Positions 18,853-27,503 of a stretch of 40,519 nt of DNA are shown in pieces (the stretch's first letter is position 1; every line of letters starts with the position of its first letter). The notes under the pieces are model-generated. The model made no database searches, had not been told where the DNA came from, and saw nothing but the letters and a program-made list of their open reading frames with translations. Origin of the DNA: a virus; IMG/VR virus record IMGVR_UViG_3300045988_100906, positions 1 to 40,519 of that record; one strand, 5' to 3'. The translations under genes and the position numbers were made by a program.

Positions 18853-19107
18853 TCATTCTTTCACCGCCTGCCATATATCATTTAAGCAATTTGCAACTTC
18901 CACCATTGAAGCAGTACGAAGTATTTCATAATCCCGCTCTTTCCATTCTCCATGTGTATTCCTGTATGTTATCCGCGTGCTGAGACTATGCATGGTTATC
19001 ATGCGTTTCTGTTCTGGACTATAAAACTGTGAAGTTCCTATTTTTATCACAAGTCCCTTCTGCAAAATTGCTCGTTGTAACTTTCGTATAATACTGTTTA
19101 AATTCAT
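18853..19107 (-). CDS. hypothetical protein (84 aa)
   Basis: ORF only, weak RBS. Confidence 0.45.
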   Translation of the reverse strand: MNLNSIIRKLQRAILQKGLVIKIGTSQFYSPEQKRMITMHSLSTRITYRNTHGEWKERDYEILRTASMVEVANCLNDIWQAVKE

Positions 19108-19291
19108 TTTTCCCTGGACAATTCAGTGGCTCAAAAGCAAGCCCTGTTTTCTCCCTTTATATTCACCTCTTCAAATATACATTTCTGCAAATTTTGTAAT
19201 TTCTTTTGCCTTTATACATAAAAATCACCCCATATGCGGTATTGTCCTTATTTTAATTTTACCGCATACGGAGTGTTGATTTGTCCCCACG

Positions 19292-19678
19292 TTATATTGT
19301 TATTCTATTCCACCTAAGCCGCCTTTCAAATTCTTCTAGCGCTTTTCTCTGATAGCCCTGGAAGTCATCTCGTTTTATTGGTATGTATTGTTTTTTGCTC
19401 ATATTTACATATCCTACTCCGGTTGTAAGACTATAAAATAATTCTGGTGCAATGTCCGGGCAAGCGTTTTGTGTGGATTCAAATAACCATTTTTGCTGCT
19501 CTCCTCTTACAGTCTTACAGTATTCCCTAAGACGTTTGGCATATTCCGCCGAGATACCGTAATCTTTTAAATATGTTTCCCTTACTCTCGCCATACTACC
19601 AACTCCTTCCATACATTCCTTGCATACCTGCTGCCCTTCCGGAATAATTTCTCCGCAGCATATGCATCTATCTTCCAT
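19292..19678 (-). CDS. zinc-ribbon protein (128 aa); possible late regulator by position only
   Basis: N-terminal CICCG...CKEC. AGGAGAG RBS. Last sizeable gene before the packaging genes. Confidence 0.5.
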   Translation of the reverse strand: MEDRCICCGEIIPEGQQVCKECMEGVGSMARVRETYLKDYGISAEYAKRLREYCKTVRGEQQKWLFESTQNACPDIAPELFYSLTTGVGYVNMSKKQYIPIKRDDFQGYQRKALEEFERRLRWNRITI

Positions 19679-19687
19679 ATTGCTCTC

Positions 19688-19858
19688 CTATAAATACTCT
19701 TCCAATATCCACCGCAGTACCTCTATCATATCCGCTTTTGTAACACTATTATGTGTCTCCATTCCCGTTACTTCCTGTATGGCCAGTAGCTTATCCTCTG
19801 GGTCATACTCGTCCGAATGGATGTCTTTTATAATTTTCCTTACTTTACCCTTTGTCAT
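19688..19858 (-). CDS. 56-aa ORF
   Basis: Hand translation MTKGKVRKIIKDIHSDEYDPEDKLLAIQEVTGMETHNSVTKADMIEVLRWILEEYL. AGGAGA RBS. Confidence 0.45.
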   Translation of the reverse strand: MTKGKVRKIIKDIHSDEYDPEDKLLAIQEVTGMETHNSVTKADMIEVLRWILEEYL

Positions 19859-20012
19859 TTTTATTCTCCTCGTCGTTCCTGTCGTTCTTTACTGCGTATA
19901 GAGCGGGCAGCAAAAGTGCCCATAAGCACCATGCCGAACCTGTTAAATACATTCCCGCAATCGCTGCAGCCGATGTACTAATCCATGCTGCTACATACAC
20001 TATCCAAATCAT
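19845..20012 (-). CDS. 55-aa membrane peptide
   Basis: MIWIVYVAAWISTSAAAIAGMYLTGSAWCLWALLLPALYAVKNDRNDEENKNDKG. AGGAGGGGG RBS. Overlaps the next start. Confidence 0.45.
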   Translation of the reverse strand: MIWIVYVAAWISTSAAAIAGMYLTGSAWCLWALLLPALYAVKNDRNDEENKNDKG

Positions 20013-20022
20013 GTGCCCCCTC

Positions 20023-20181
20023 CTATTCTTTTTGTCCGAATCGCTTAATAATGTGTTCCCGGAATCGTCCTGCTGCCGTCTGGCAGTCTTCCCGGGGAGT
20101 TATTAAATGTCCCCGGCGTTGGCAGTAGCAATCTCCTGTTTGTAGGTCTGTTTTACATTTGTTACAGTTGTTGCAGTTCAT
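20023..20181 (-). CDS. 52-aa Cys-rich peptide
   Basis: MNCNNCNKCKTDLQTGDCYCQRRGHLITPREDCQTAAGRFREHIIKRFGQKE. AAGGAGA RBS. Confidence 0.45.
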   Translation of the reverse strand: MNCNNCNKCKTDLQTGDCYCQRRGHLITPREDCQTAAGRFREHIIKRFGQKE

Positions 20182-20205
20182 AGGTCTCCTTTCTTAAATT
20201 TCAGT

Positions 20206-20361
20206 TTAATTAAAATCAATTGTTACCCTCTTTTTTCCATCAGTGACATCAAAAAATTGATATGCTTCTGAATATTTTTCGATTTCATATCCTTTTTCTT
20301 CTAATGCTTCTCTACAAATTTCCATTACCTCTTCAACTGTAATAGCTTTCTTTATTGCCAT
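20206..20361 (-). CDS. 51-aa ORF
   Basis: MAIKKAITVEEVMEICREALEEKGYEIEKYSEAYQFFDVTDGKKRVTIDFN. GGAGGA RBS. Confidence 0.45.
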   Translation of the reverse strand: MAIKKAITVEEVMEICREALEEKGYEIEKYSEAYQFFDVTDGKKRVTIDFN

Positions 20362-20374
20362 ATTTTTTCCTCCA

Positions 20375-20614
20375 CTAAAGTCTAAATGTGTATTCCTCTA
20401 TTTTTCTTTCGGGCTTTCGCTCTGGCAATTCCTGTATCGGACACCAATCTGGCTTTTCCTGTGTATAACTCACATCAATTTCTCTGATTTCTTCATTGTC
20501 TTCTGGGTTATTTTCTAGCTCGCAACAAGCTTCAATTCCTTCTGATGCTTCTCTGCAAAATCTGCAATCCAAACATGCTTCCGGCATATCAACCAAAATA
20601 AATCCTTTTGCCAT
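20375..20614 (-). CDS. Cys-rich small protein (79 aa)
   Basis: AAGGAGG RBS. CLDCRFC...CC...CP pattern. Confidence 0.55.
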   Translation of the reverse strand: MAKGFILVDMPEACLDCRFCREASEGIEACCELENNPEDNEEIREIDVSYTQEKPDWCPIQELPERKPERKIEEYTFRL

Positions 20615-20626
20615 AGTCAGTCCTCC

Positions 20627-20944
20627 TTACAATCCAAAGCCTTTTCCAAAGCCGAAAATTATATTGTTCATTTCTTCAATGTGGTCTATAACTTCTGAAA
20701 TATTTCTGTCTGTTTTAATCTGATTTCTCATATCTTCCTCAGTCAACTCTGTGTATTCCAGAAGTCTACGAATCCAATCATCTTTCTCCCGGATACTTTC
20801 TTCCAGTTCGGAAATCTTCTGATTCCGAACTTCGATTTCACGAAGATTTTCTTTAACCTCACGTTGTAAATCTCTAATTTCATGCCTGTACTTCGCACGT
20901 TCCTTGTCAAACGCAAGGTCTTTCTTTGATTTCTTATTCTTCAT
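20627..20944 (-). CDS. coiled-coil protein (105 aa)
   Basis: GAGGTGA RBS. Heptad-like charged sequence. Confidence 0.55.
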   Translation of the reverse strand: MKNKKSKKDLAFDKERAKYRHEIRDLQREVKENLREIEVRNQKISELEESIREKDDWIRRLLEYTELTEEDMRNQIKTDRNISEVIDHIEEMNNIIFGFGKGFGL

Positions 20945-20952
20945 TTTTCACC

Positions 20953-21183
20953 TCACTCTGCCAGCCTCTGAATCCATTCCAGGATATCTTTATCCGGCTC
21001 ACTATCTTTAAGCCCATTACACAAATTGCCGTTCATTGACTGACAAATAGGAAACCCACATTCTTCATCCGCAAAGTGGGAATTACATCTTATGGCTTCA
21101 ATAAACTTAGATAGCTCCTCATCATTTAATCCACGAATTCTGTCCGCATTTGTTGGCTTTTGGTCTGAAATAATCTCAATCAT
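20953..21183 (-). CDS. small Cys-containing phage protein (76 aa)
   Basis: GGGAGGTG RBS. NADRIRGLNDEELSKFI...WIQRLAE is a recurrent Bacillota-phage pattern. Confidence 0.55.
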   Translation of the reverse strand: MIEIISDQKPTNADRIRGLNDEELSKFIEAIRCNSHFADEECGFPICQSMNGNLCNGLKDSEPDKDILEWIQRLAE

Positions 21184-21199
21184 ATAGCTGCACCTCCCA

Positions 21200-21322
21200 T
21201 TACTTTTTAAAACTTATGGCTCCAGCAATTGCAAACAATCCTGATGCAATAAGGGCTTCTTTTGCTTGTCCGCCACTAATCATCCAACCAACCAGTAGAA
21301 TAACCATAATTACATATCCCAT
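21200..21322 (-). CDS. 40-aa membrane peptide
   Basis: MGYVIMVILLVGWMISGGQAKEALIASGLFAIAGAISFKK. AGGAG RBS. Confidence 0.35.
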   Translation of the reverse strand: MGYVIMVILLVGWMISGGQAKEALIASGLFAIAGAISFKK

Positions 21323-21350
21323 TATTTTGATTCACTCCTGTTCTAAAATA

Positions 21351-21575
21351 CTAATCTCTTATCCACTCCAAATGTCCCTTCTCTACATCGTCTATTGAAT
21401 AACAATATCCACAACTCCAGTAAGAAAGAAATTCTAACGGAATGACCTCAACGAGATTATCTTTGATTACTTCCTTTACCTGACAAATTGTCCCTTTTTG
21501 AATTAATTCAACAGATTCTCCTACTCCATTTACTGTTAAGCCAGTTATTTTCACCGTATCACCGACTTTTATCAT
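21351..21575 (-). CDS. hypothetical protein (74 aa)
   Basis: ATG at 21575 has an AAGGTGAG RBS (the track start is GTG at 21584). Confidence 0.5.
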   Translation of the reverse strand: MIKVGDTVKITGLTVNGVGESVELIQKGTICQVKEVIKDNLVEVIPLEFLSYWSCGYCYSIDDVEKGHLEWIRD

Positions 21576-22197
21576 CAGTCTCACCTTCTTTCATTTTTTT
21601 CAATGCTTTCTCGGCTTCTTCTTGTGTAAGGAATACGGTTTTTCCAAACTCTGACACAGCAAAGTATCCGGTAATACCACCAAAATAGGAACCCTTAAAA
21701 TATAATATAATCTCGTCAAAGTTTTCCGCTTCTACACCATCATAAAAATCTTCTTCCAGTTTTCCAAAAGAAAAGCCTGTTACTTCGCAGCTGTGCGGTT
21801 TATTATAATCAATGCCCCAAACTGTATCTCCCACCTTACACGGAAGTTCCAATAATCTGCCCTGTTCTTCTAAATCCTCGTATTTCTTAAGCCTTTCCCT
21901 TAAATCAGCAAGGCTCCACGCAAGCATATTAAAGATTGCAATAAAACCACTTATTCCGCTTTCTGCTGGGTATTGTAAACTTTCAAACAAAATTGTGTCT
22001 AACAATTCATCGTCATTCAACTGCTCATCATATTCTCCTTCGTACTGCTCCATAATTTCTCTAATCATATTTCGCAGACTAATTTCTCTGTCGAAGTCTC
22101 TGTACCATGCTTCTCCGTCTTTAATAAACATACAGTTGTGGGAAAGTTCATACATTCCCATTTCAGATGTTTTTTTGTTGCTTGTTAGTCTATTCAT
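21559..22197 (-). CDS. hypothetical protein (212 aa)
   Basis: GGAGG RBS. Acidic N-terminal half. Confidence 0.6.
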   Translation of the reverse strand: MNRLTSNKKTSEMGMYELSHNCMFIKDGEAWYRDFDREISLRNMIREIMEQYEGEYDEQLNDDELLDTILFESLQYPAESGISGFIAIFNMLAWSLADLRERLKKYEDLEEQGRLLELPCKVGDTVWGIDYNKPHSCEVTGFSFGKLEEDFYDGVEAENFDEIILYFKGSYFGGITGYFAVSEFGKTVFLTQEEAEKALKKMKEGETDDKSR

Positions 22198-22219
22198 ACT
22201 GTTTAACCTCCACTAAACT

Positions 22220-22387
22220 TTAATTTACTTCATATCCCTTACATGGATATTCCTGTTTATAAAAATTTGGATATGGCACTGCCGTTCCTGCATAACCATT
22301 CCAATGTTCTATATAATCACAATAATCCGTTCCATACTCTGCTACTTTGTGGTGTACACAATCAGTGCATTTTTCTGGTATATCCAT
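22220..22387 (-). CDS. 55-aa Cys/Tyr-rich peptide
   Basis: MDIPEKCTDCVHHKVAEYGTDYCDYIEHWNGYAGTAVPYPNFYKQEYPCKGYEVN. AGGAGGTG RBS. Confidence 0.45.
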   Translation of the reverse strand: MDIPEKCTDCVHHKVAEYGTDYCDYIEHWNGYAGTAVPYPNFYKQEYPCKGYEVN

Positions 22388-22451
22388 TCCGCACCTCCTG
22401 TATTAAATTTTAATTCTTTCTCCGTTTGCAGGATTGTAGTCATCAACAATA

Positions 22452-22667
22452 TTACTCATGTTCTACCTCACTTCCTGCCCCTACATATGCATCTATAATC
22501 TGCACATCCCAGTTTCCTGGCTCTGAACAATATATTTCCAGTTTACTTCCTTCGTTGCTATTAAGGTATAATTCAATCAGGCTTAAGCAGGCATTTACCG
22601 TGTCACGGTCAACCGTCAGATTTACACCTATTGTTATATTTCCAACCCTTTTTTCTTCTCTCATCAT
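22452..22667 (-). CDS. hypothetical protein (71 aa)
   Basis: MMREEK start with GGGAGG RBS. ATGA overlap with the upstream gene. Confidence 0.5.
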   Translation of the reverse strand: MMREEKRVGNITIGVNLTVDRDTVNACLSLIELYLNSNEGSKLEIYCSEPGNWDVQIIDAYVGAGSEVEHE

Positions 22668-22861
22668 TTCGCCTCCCGGACTTCTTTTTCTATCTGCTCG
22701 TTTGTCAGTTTCAGCAAATCGTCTACGCTCCAGAACACCGCCCCTGCAGGCGTAACCTGCATACACTCTATCCAGCTTTCTGCTTCTACTTCTTTTCCTG
22801 CATAGGTGGTTTTTCGCTTACGCAGGTATTTCTTTCCTGGGGTTAAGTTTTTCTTATCCAT
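22664..22861 (-). CDS. hypothetical protein (65 aa)
   Basis: MDKKNL start, 7-8 nt after GGAGG. The ATG at 22867 is too close to the RBS. Confidence 0.5.
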   Translation of the reverse strand: MDKKNLTPGKKYLRKRKTTYAGKEVEAESWIECMQVTPAGAVFWSVDDLLKLTNEQIEKEVREAK

Positions 22862-22863
22862 GT

Positions 22864-23391
22864 TCATGCCTCCATGTTGTCTTCCCATCTGCTCAACAGT
22901 GCGTTCGCTAAATCCTCTTGCCCATGCTCTCGCATTAGTTCCGCTACCGCATCCACAGAAATAAACCTGTTCTTTTTACTATTCTCCTGCTCAATCTCGC
23001 TTAAAGTGTCGATGTCGCCCCTAATTCCGCATTTCTCTTGCAGTTCCTTTGCCATATCAGATATGCGAACATAATTCTTTCCGAAACTATCCAAACTCAT
23101 GCACATCTCGCTGTGCTTGTCCATCTGCTCGGAAAATCGTTTCAAGCGGACGCTGCGCCATCCGTCTTCTTCGTACAGTGTCCACATAGCCATTACCTTA
23201 ACCGTGCACAGGATTCTTTCTGCCAACATCCCGTACATCTCTTCTGCTGCTTTGTGCGGGATTACAGTAGATAATCCTAAAGCCCCACGGCATCTTAAAT
23301 CTCTTTCCAGCCCATCAATCCCCTTGTCTTTTGCAACTCTCAGGGCATAGGCCGCGCCCTCGTTTCTCCACTTTTCTTCTTTTTTGTTCAT
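22864..23391 (-). CDS. hypothetical protein (175 aa)
   Basis: AAGGAGA RBS. Confidence 0.6.
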   Translation of the reverse strand: MNKKEEKWRNEGAAYALRVAKDKGIDGLERDLRCRGALGLSTVIPHKAAEEMYGMLAERILCTVKVMAMWTLYEEDGWRSVRLKRFSEQMDKHSEMCMSLDSFGKNYVRISDMAKELQEKCGIRGDIDTLSEIEQENSKKNRFISVDAVAELMREHGQEDLANALLSRWEDNMEA

Positions 23392-23405
23392 GGTTTCTCC
23401 TTAAT

Positions 23406-23678
23406 TCACAGTTCGATTCCCGTCATAGCCATTAAAATCCTGTCTGTCTGCTCTTTCACAAACCTTAATGCTTCGTTCAACTCCACATCTTCCAGTTCGA
23501 TTCTTCTATGCAGCATGTCTTTTTTTACCAATTCCAAAACTTCCTTAATGCTGCCAACATACCCCAAAGTCACCCGCACCGGTTCCCCTGTTTTTTTATT
23601 CGTCTTCCCTGTGTCCCTCATTACTGTGTATCCGTAATTATTAGACTGTGCACAATAATCATCAATCAACGTTAGCAT
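23406..23678 (-). CDS. hypothetical protein (90 aa)
   Basis: MLTLIDDY start has a GGAGGA RBS at 7 nt and removes the overlap with the DnaC-like gene. Confidence 0.5.
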   Translation of the reverse strand: MLTLIDDYCAQSNNYGYTVMRDTGKTNKKTGEPVRVTLGYVGSIKEVLELVKKDMLHRRIELEDVELNEALRFVKEQTDRILMAMTGIEL

Positions 23679-23682
23679 ATCC

Positions 23683-24522
23683 TTATCCTCCATTTCTTTT
23701 ATCGTATACCGCCTCTGTCATGCGCTGCATATTCTCCGCATAGATATGGTCCCTCACACTCTCTTCCGGGAAATCTATCTGGTAGCAGCGCTCCTTTATC
23801 CGGTTCGTTATCCGGTCATCGTAATCCAGCCGGTTAATTGGCATGTTGCTGGTAAAAATCGTTATCCGGCGCTCTACATACCGGTTATTAATAATCTGGT
23901 AAAACTTATCCTGCACCCACTGTGTGGCCTTTTCCGTCCCGAAGTCATCCACCACCAGCACTTCTGTCATAACCAGGGCATCCAAAAGCTGGCTTTCCGT
24001 GTACTCACTATCGTTGTCGTAAGTCCGCCGTATTTCCGCCAGAATGTTCATGGACGAAGCAAACTTCACACCAGTATCGTGTTTCTGCATAATCTCATTC
24101 GCCAGGCTGGCTGCCATTCTGGTTTTCCCGGAACCTTTTGTGCTGGAATACAAATACAGCCCCATACCCTTGCTTTTGGCTTCGTTAAACGCCCCTATAT
24201 ACTCTTTTATCATGGCACAGGCAACATTTATCGTCTGCCTGCTTTCGGGACGCTTGTAGACGCTTGTACGGAACGTAGCAAGGGTCATGTCCTTAAACGC
24301 CTCCGGTATGTCTGCAAACTTTAACCGCCGCCGCATTTTGTTCTGTTCCCGGCATTTGCACGGATAAGCTTCTTCCACACCGTCCACAATCCTCGTAAGC
24401 CACTCTACGCCACCGCAGATAGGACAGATATCAGAATCCCTCGAACTCTTGTCCGAACCCCTGTTCAACGAGCCGCTTAACATATCCCTCTTCATCTGCT
24501 GCAGCTTTTCTTCCAGTGTCAT
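23683..24522 (-). CDS. DnaC/IstB-like AAA+ helicase loader with N-terminal zinc finger (279 aa)
   Basis: Walker A GSGKT and Walker B VLVVDDFG. CPICGG...CKC N-terminus. AGGAAGGAGA RBS before the ATG at 24522. Confidence 0.8.
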   Translation of the reverse strand: MTLEEKLQQMKRDMLSGSLNRGSDKSSRDSDICPICGGVEWLTRIVDGVEEAYPCKCREQNKMRRRLKFADIPEAFKDMTLATFRTSVYKRPESRQTINVACAMIKEYIGAFNEAKSKGMGLYLYSSTKGSGKTRMAASLANEIMQKHDTGVKFASSMNILAEIRRTYDNDSEYTESQLLDALVMTEVLVVDDFGTEKATQWVQDKFYQIINNRYVERRITIFTSNMPINRLDYDDRITNRIKERCYQIDFPEESVRDHIYAENMQRMTEAVYDKRNGG

Positions 24523-25258
24523 TTCGGTTCTCCTTCCTGTCGTATTTCCCCTCCAGCACCTTTGCCATGTTGCTGTCGCATACCAGCCAGTCAAACGTAG
24601 CGCTCCAGTCCCTGTTGTTCTTGCCTTTCAGGAACTCCGATGCCTCCGCTTTCTCGAAAAGGGTTTTAAAATCTTCCAGGGTATAGCCAGTCCGAAGTCT
24701 TGCCCGTACAGCCTTTTTCCGCTTCTCGGACATTTTTACTAGGCGGGGATACGACCCACAAACGGAATTAAACAATTCTCGAATCGTAGTAAAAATCTGC
24801 TCTTCGGGCGGGGGCAATATACTGGGCTTTTCGTCAGAAAAGCTATATATATCTTTTTCTTTCCTTCTTTCCTTCTTCCCTTCTTCTATTGTTGTTAAAC
24901 CTGTGTTACGAGCCTGTTGCTCCTGTGTTACGTCTGTGTTATTTACCTTGTTATCCGACTGGTAGTTATTGTAATTATTTACTGTAATTACGCTGTATTT
25001 AGGGTGTTGTATGACTGTTATCTCCCCTGTTAATTTTAGCTTTTTTATGGCTGTCCTTACCTGCATAACAGACAACCCTGTTTGGTCTGCCAGACTGTTG
25101 TAAGATGTCGCCATGGAACCTCTGGGAATCTCTACCCCTTGGAATCTGCCAGTTTTCCAGTTTACGCTTATAAGCAGGTGGATAAACAGACGGCAGACAT
25201 TTATGTCGGAGTACCACTCCCATTCTGTAATCTTACGGCTCAGCTTTATGTAATCCAT
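24431..25258 (-). CDS. replisome organizer / DnaD-like replication protein (275 aa)
   Basis: N-terminal winged-helix-like region (WYSD..RLFIHLL..). C-terminal block SYPRLVKMSEKRKKAVRARL...NRDWSATFDWLV resembles the conserved phage C-terminus family. Confidence 0.75.
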   Translation of the reverse strand: MDYIKLSRKITEWEWYSDINVCRLFIHLLISVNWKTGRFQGVEIPRGSMATSYNSLADQTGLSVMQVRTAIKKLKLTGEITVIQHPKYSVITVNNYNNYQSDNKVNNTDVTQEQQARNTGLTTIEEGKKERRKEKDIYSFSDEKPSILPPPEEQIFTTIRELFNSVCGSYPRLVKMSEKRKKAVRARLRTGYTLEDFKTLFEKAEASEFLKGKNNRDWSATFDWLVCDSNMAKVLEGKYDRKENRNDTGRKAAADEEGYVKRLVEQGFGQEFEGF

Positions 25259-25709
25259 TATCCTCACCTGCTTCTGTGCGTTCCAATTCCAGCATTGTGG
25301 TTATTTCCACTTCTACCCGTGGGGATTCTGCGTATTTCTTTGCCATGCACAGACTTACCACCTGTGTATCATCTCCATAGGCCACATCGTTTAAAGCATC
25401 CAGCACCACCTTTGCAATATTGTCGATATCTGGCTTTTTACAAGGTTTTTCGTACCCTGCCAGCATTAATGCCCTGCGCTTCTTAGAAGTGCTTTTAGGT
25501 GGCTCATAGAGTGCTGTAACGGATACATGCAAAGCCTCTTTGTTGTCATATTTTTTATCGGTAACTTCCAGGTATCTGGTCTTAATCAGATTTTCGTATA
25601 AGACTGTGTTGTCCGGTGTGTAAGATACCGACCTTTTTATTCTTGGGTTATATACTGTCCTTGCCCGTGCCTTACCCTGCGGCGCACCGGGAATGGTAAA
25701 CTTTATCAT
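25233..25709 (-). CDS. rusA: RusA-family Holliday junction resolvase (158 aa)
   Basis: MIKFTIPGAPQGKARAR... with DIDNIAKVVLDALN. AAAGGAGG RBS at 25709. Confidence 0.8.
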   Translation of the reverse strand: MIKFTIPGAPQGKARARTVYNPRIKRSVSYTPDNTVLYENLIKTRYLEVTDKKYDNKEALHVSVTALYEPPKSTSKKRRALMLAGYEKPCKKPDIDNIAKVVLDALNDVAYGDDTQVVSLCMAKKYAESPRVEVEITTMLELERTEAGEDNGLHKAEP

Positions 25710-25788
25710 TGTTGCCTCCTTTCGCCCCGGAAGCATGACCGGGGCAGTGTATTTGTGATATATTGGTAATAAGCACAAAATCGGCTTA

Positions 25789-26415
25789 TCAGCCTGCGTA
25801 TTTTATCCCGTACACATGGTACATATTTTCAAAGGCTTGCATGCCTCTTTGGTGTGCTATGGTGTGGTGATTTCTGCACAGGCAGATTTTCCGGTAATCC
25901 GAATCGTCCACCTGCCGCCGGTCTCTTCCCATGCCGATTGTGTCTACATGGTGTATCTCTCCCGGAAGACCACACACTGCACATTTTTTATGTTTTAGAC
26001 AGTAATACAGGTACTTGCCTATATCGTCCGTCCGGTTCACTCCTGCGTCAGACAGCGGTACGCCCTCTTTTAAGGCATATTCCAGTATGGTGTTAAGAAA
26101 CTCCCGTGCAGTATCCATAGAGCAGTCAGAAAGGCTAAACGGCCTTTCTCCGGTGCGCTCCTCATGCAGAAATTTCAGCCATTCTTTCTGTTCTTCCGGG
26201 ATGTATCCCGACCAGTCTGAAATATCCCGGATGGTTGCATAGATTTTCTTGCGCTGCGCCGAGGTGATATGTCTGCCATCGTCAATCCGCAGTTCGCCGT
26301 ATTTGGCTTTCTTGTCGGTTATGTAATAGCTTATATCCCTGTTTGGGATAACTATCTGCAGATGTGTTCCGCTGTCGTCTACACGGTACTTTTCCAGCAC
26401 CACATGTTCATACAT
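25789..26415 (-). CDS. HNH-type nuclease (208 aa)
   Basis: C-terminal CAVCG...IHHVD...CLCRNHHTIAH motif. Confidence 0.7.
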   Translation of the reverse strand: MYEHVVLEKYRVDDSGTHLQIVIPNRDISYYITDKKAKYGELRIDDGRHITSAQRKKIYATIRDISDWSGYIPEEQKEWLKFLHEERTGERPFSLSDCSMDTAREFLNTILEYALKEGVPLSDAGVNRTDDIGKYLYYCLKHKKCAVCGLPGEIHHVDTIGMGRDRRQVDDSDYRKICLCRNHHTIAHQRGMQAFENMYHVYGIKYAG

Positions 26416-27035
26416 TACTGCTCACCCATTTTTCTCATAAGGACGTCGAACTGCTCTATCGTCAGTTCCTCCAGTGTCTTTGTATTAAAGAATTTACATA
26501 CATTATCTACTGTTTGGTTATGCTTTGGGATACAAGCCTCCAGTGTCTTAACCTGCGCTTTTGTAAGCAACTTCGGTTTCTCTGCTGGAAGGTCTTCTCC
26601 GGAGTAGATGTAAAGCCCCAACCCGAACATTGCAATGTTTTTAACCAGACAGCGCATAATTGCTGTGTTAATATCAAACATAGACGCTGGCTCTACTTCT
26701 TTATCCTTGTATTCTCCCGTCCATTTTCCGTATTGGTAGTCTTTTACCTTGTAAGTATAACTGCTGCTTTTCATGGCCTTGTTTGCCCCATCCATAACCG
26801 GCAGCCACATTTCTCTTTCAATCCCATCAATCTCCATGGAAGTCATTACCAGATACCCTAAGTTTTCATCGTACAGATACGGCTTGCTGTCAAAAGTCCG
26901 AATACGATATTGTGCAGAAGGGTATTTTTTCATAACTTCCGCCCACGCCCATGCCCAGGACAGGTATGTAAGATTATTCTTCTGTTCCGTGTGCTCATTT
27001 ACATTTACGCAATATAATTCGTCAAATACAGACAC
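26415..27035 (-). CDS. Rad52/Sak-like single-strand annealing protein (DUF1071-like, 206 aa, GTG start)
   Basis: LTYLSWAWAWAEVMKKYP motif. AAGGAGGA RBS before the GTG. Confidence 0.65.
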   Translation of the reverse strand: MSVFDELYCVNVNEHTEQKNNLTYLSWAWAWAEVMKKYPSAQYRIRTFDSKPYLYDENLGYLVMTSMEIDGIEREMWLPVMDGANKAMKSSSYTYKVKDYQYGKWTGEYKDKEVEPASMFDINTAIMRCLVKNIAMFGLGLYIYSGEDLPAEKPKLLTKAQVKTLEACIPKHNQTVDNVCKFFNTKTLEELTIEQFDVLMRKMGEQ

Positions 27036-27206
27036 CTACTCATCCTCCTTATGTACCCAGTTGCCGGAGTAATACCACTCCACCAGCATTTCTTTAAATT
27101 CTTCCTGCTCTTCTTCCGTGCCGCTTAGGCAACGTTCTAACGCATAGTCAAAGGCCTGTTCGTCTTCTATGCATGTTCCTCGCTCTGCACATATTCCGAC
27201 ATACAT
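27036..27206 (-). CDS. 56-aa acidic ORF
   Basis: MYVGICAERGTCIEDEQAFDYALERCLSGTEEEQEEFKEMLVEWYYSGNWVHKEDE. GGAGGT RBS. TAATG overlap. Confidence 0.45.
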   Translation of the reverse strand: MYVGICAERGTCIEDEQAFDYALERCLSGTEEEQEEFKEMLVEWYYSGNWVHKEDE

Positions 27207-27487
27207 TATTGTACCTCCGGCTCCTGCCCAAACCTTATCTGCTGTGGTTGCACATCACATTTCCATTTACCAACCGCTCCAAGTGGATGGTAGTCATACC
27301 TTATTTGTTTTCCAGACTCACATTTAAAAACTTCATAATCACCGGTTTTCGCAGTAATAAATCCGTCTTCTGTGCAGTATATATCAATGGTCAGCCCTCT
27401 CTCCTGCGAAATCTTGGATATCTGCAACGCAGCATTTCGTAGGTACACCATAACGTCTCCGTCACTCATTTTCTCAAACATTTGCAT
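27206..27487 (-). CDS. hypothetical protein (93 aa)
   Basis: ORF in operon context. Confidence 0.5.
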   Translation of the reverse strand: MQMFEKMSDGDVMVYLRNAALQISKISQERGLTIDIYCTEDGFITAKTGDYEVFKCESGKQIRYDYHPLGAVGKWKCDVQPQQIRFGQEPEVQ

Positions 27488-27503
27488 TTCCTCCTCTGTT
27501 TAA

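Noticed and set aside
19233-19266. Hairpin ATGCGGTA...TACCGCAT as a terminator between the early and late regions
   Set aside because: The 18-nt loop and a T-run displaced by 7 nt make it a weak intrinsic terminator. It is not reported as a feature.
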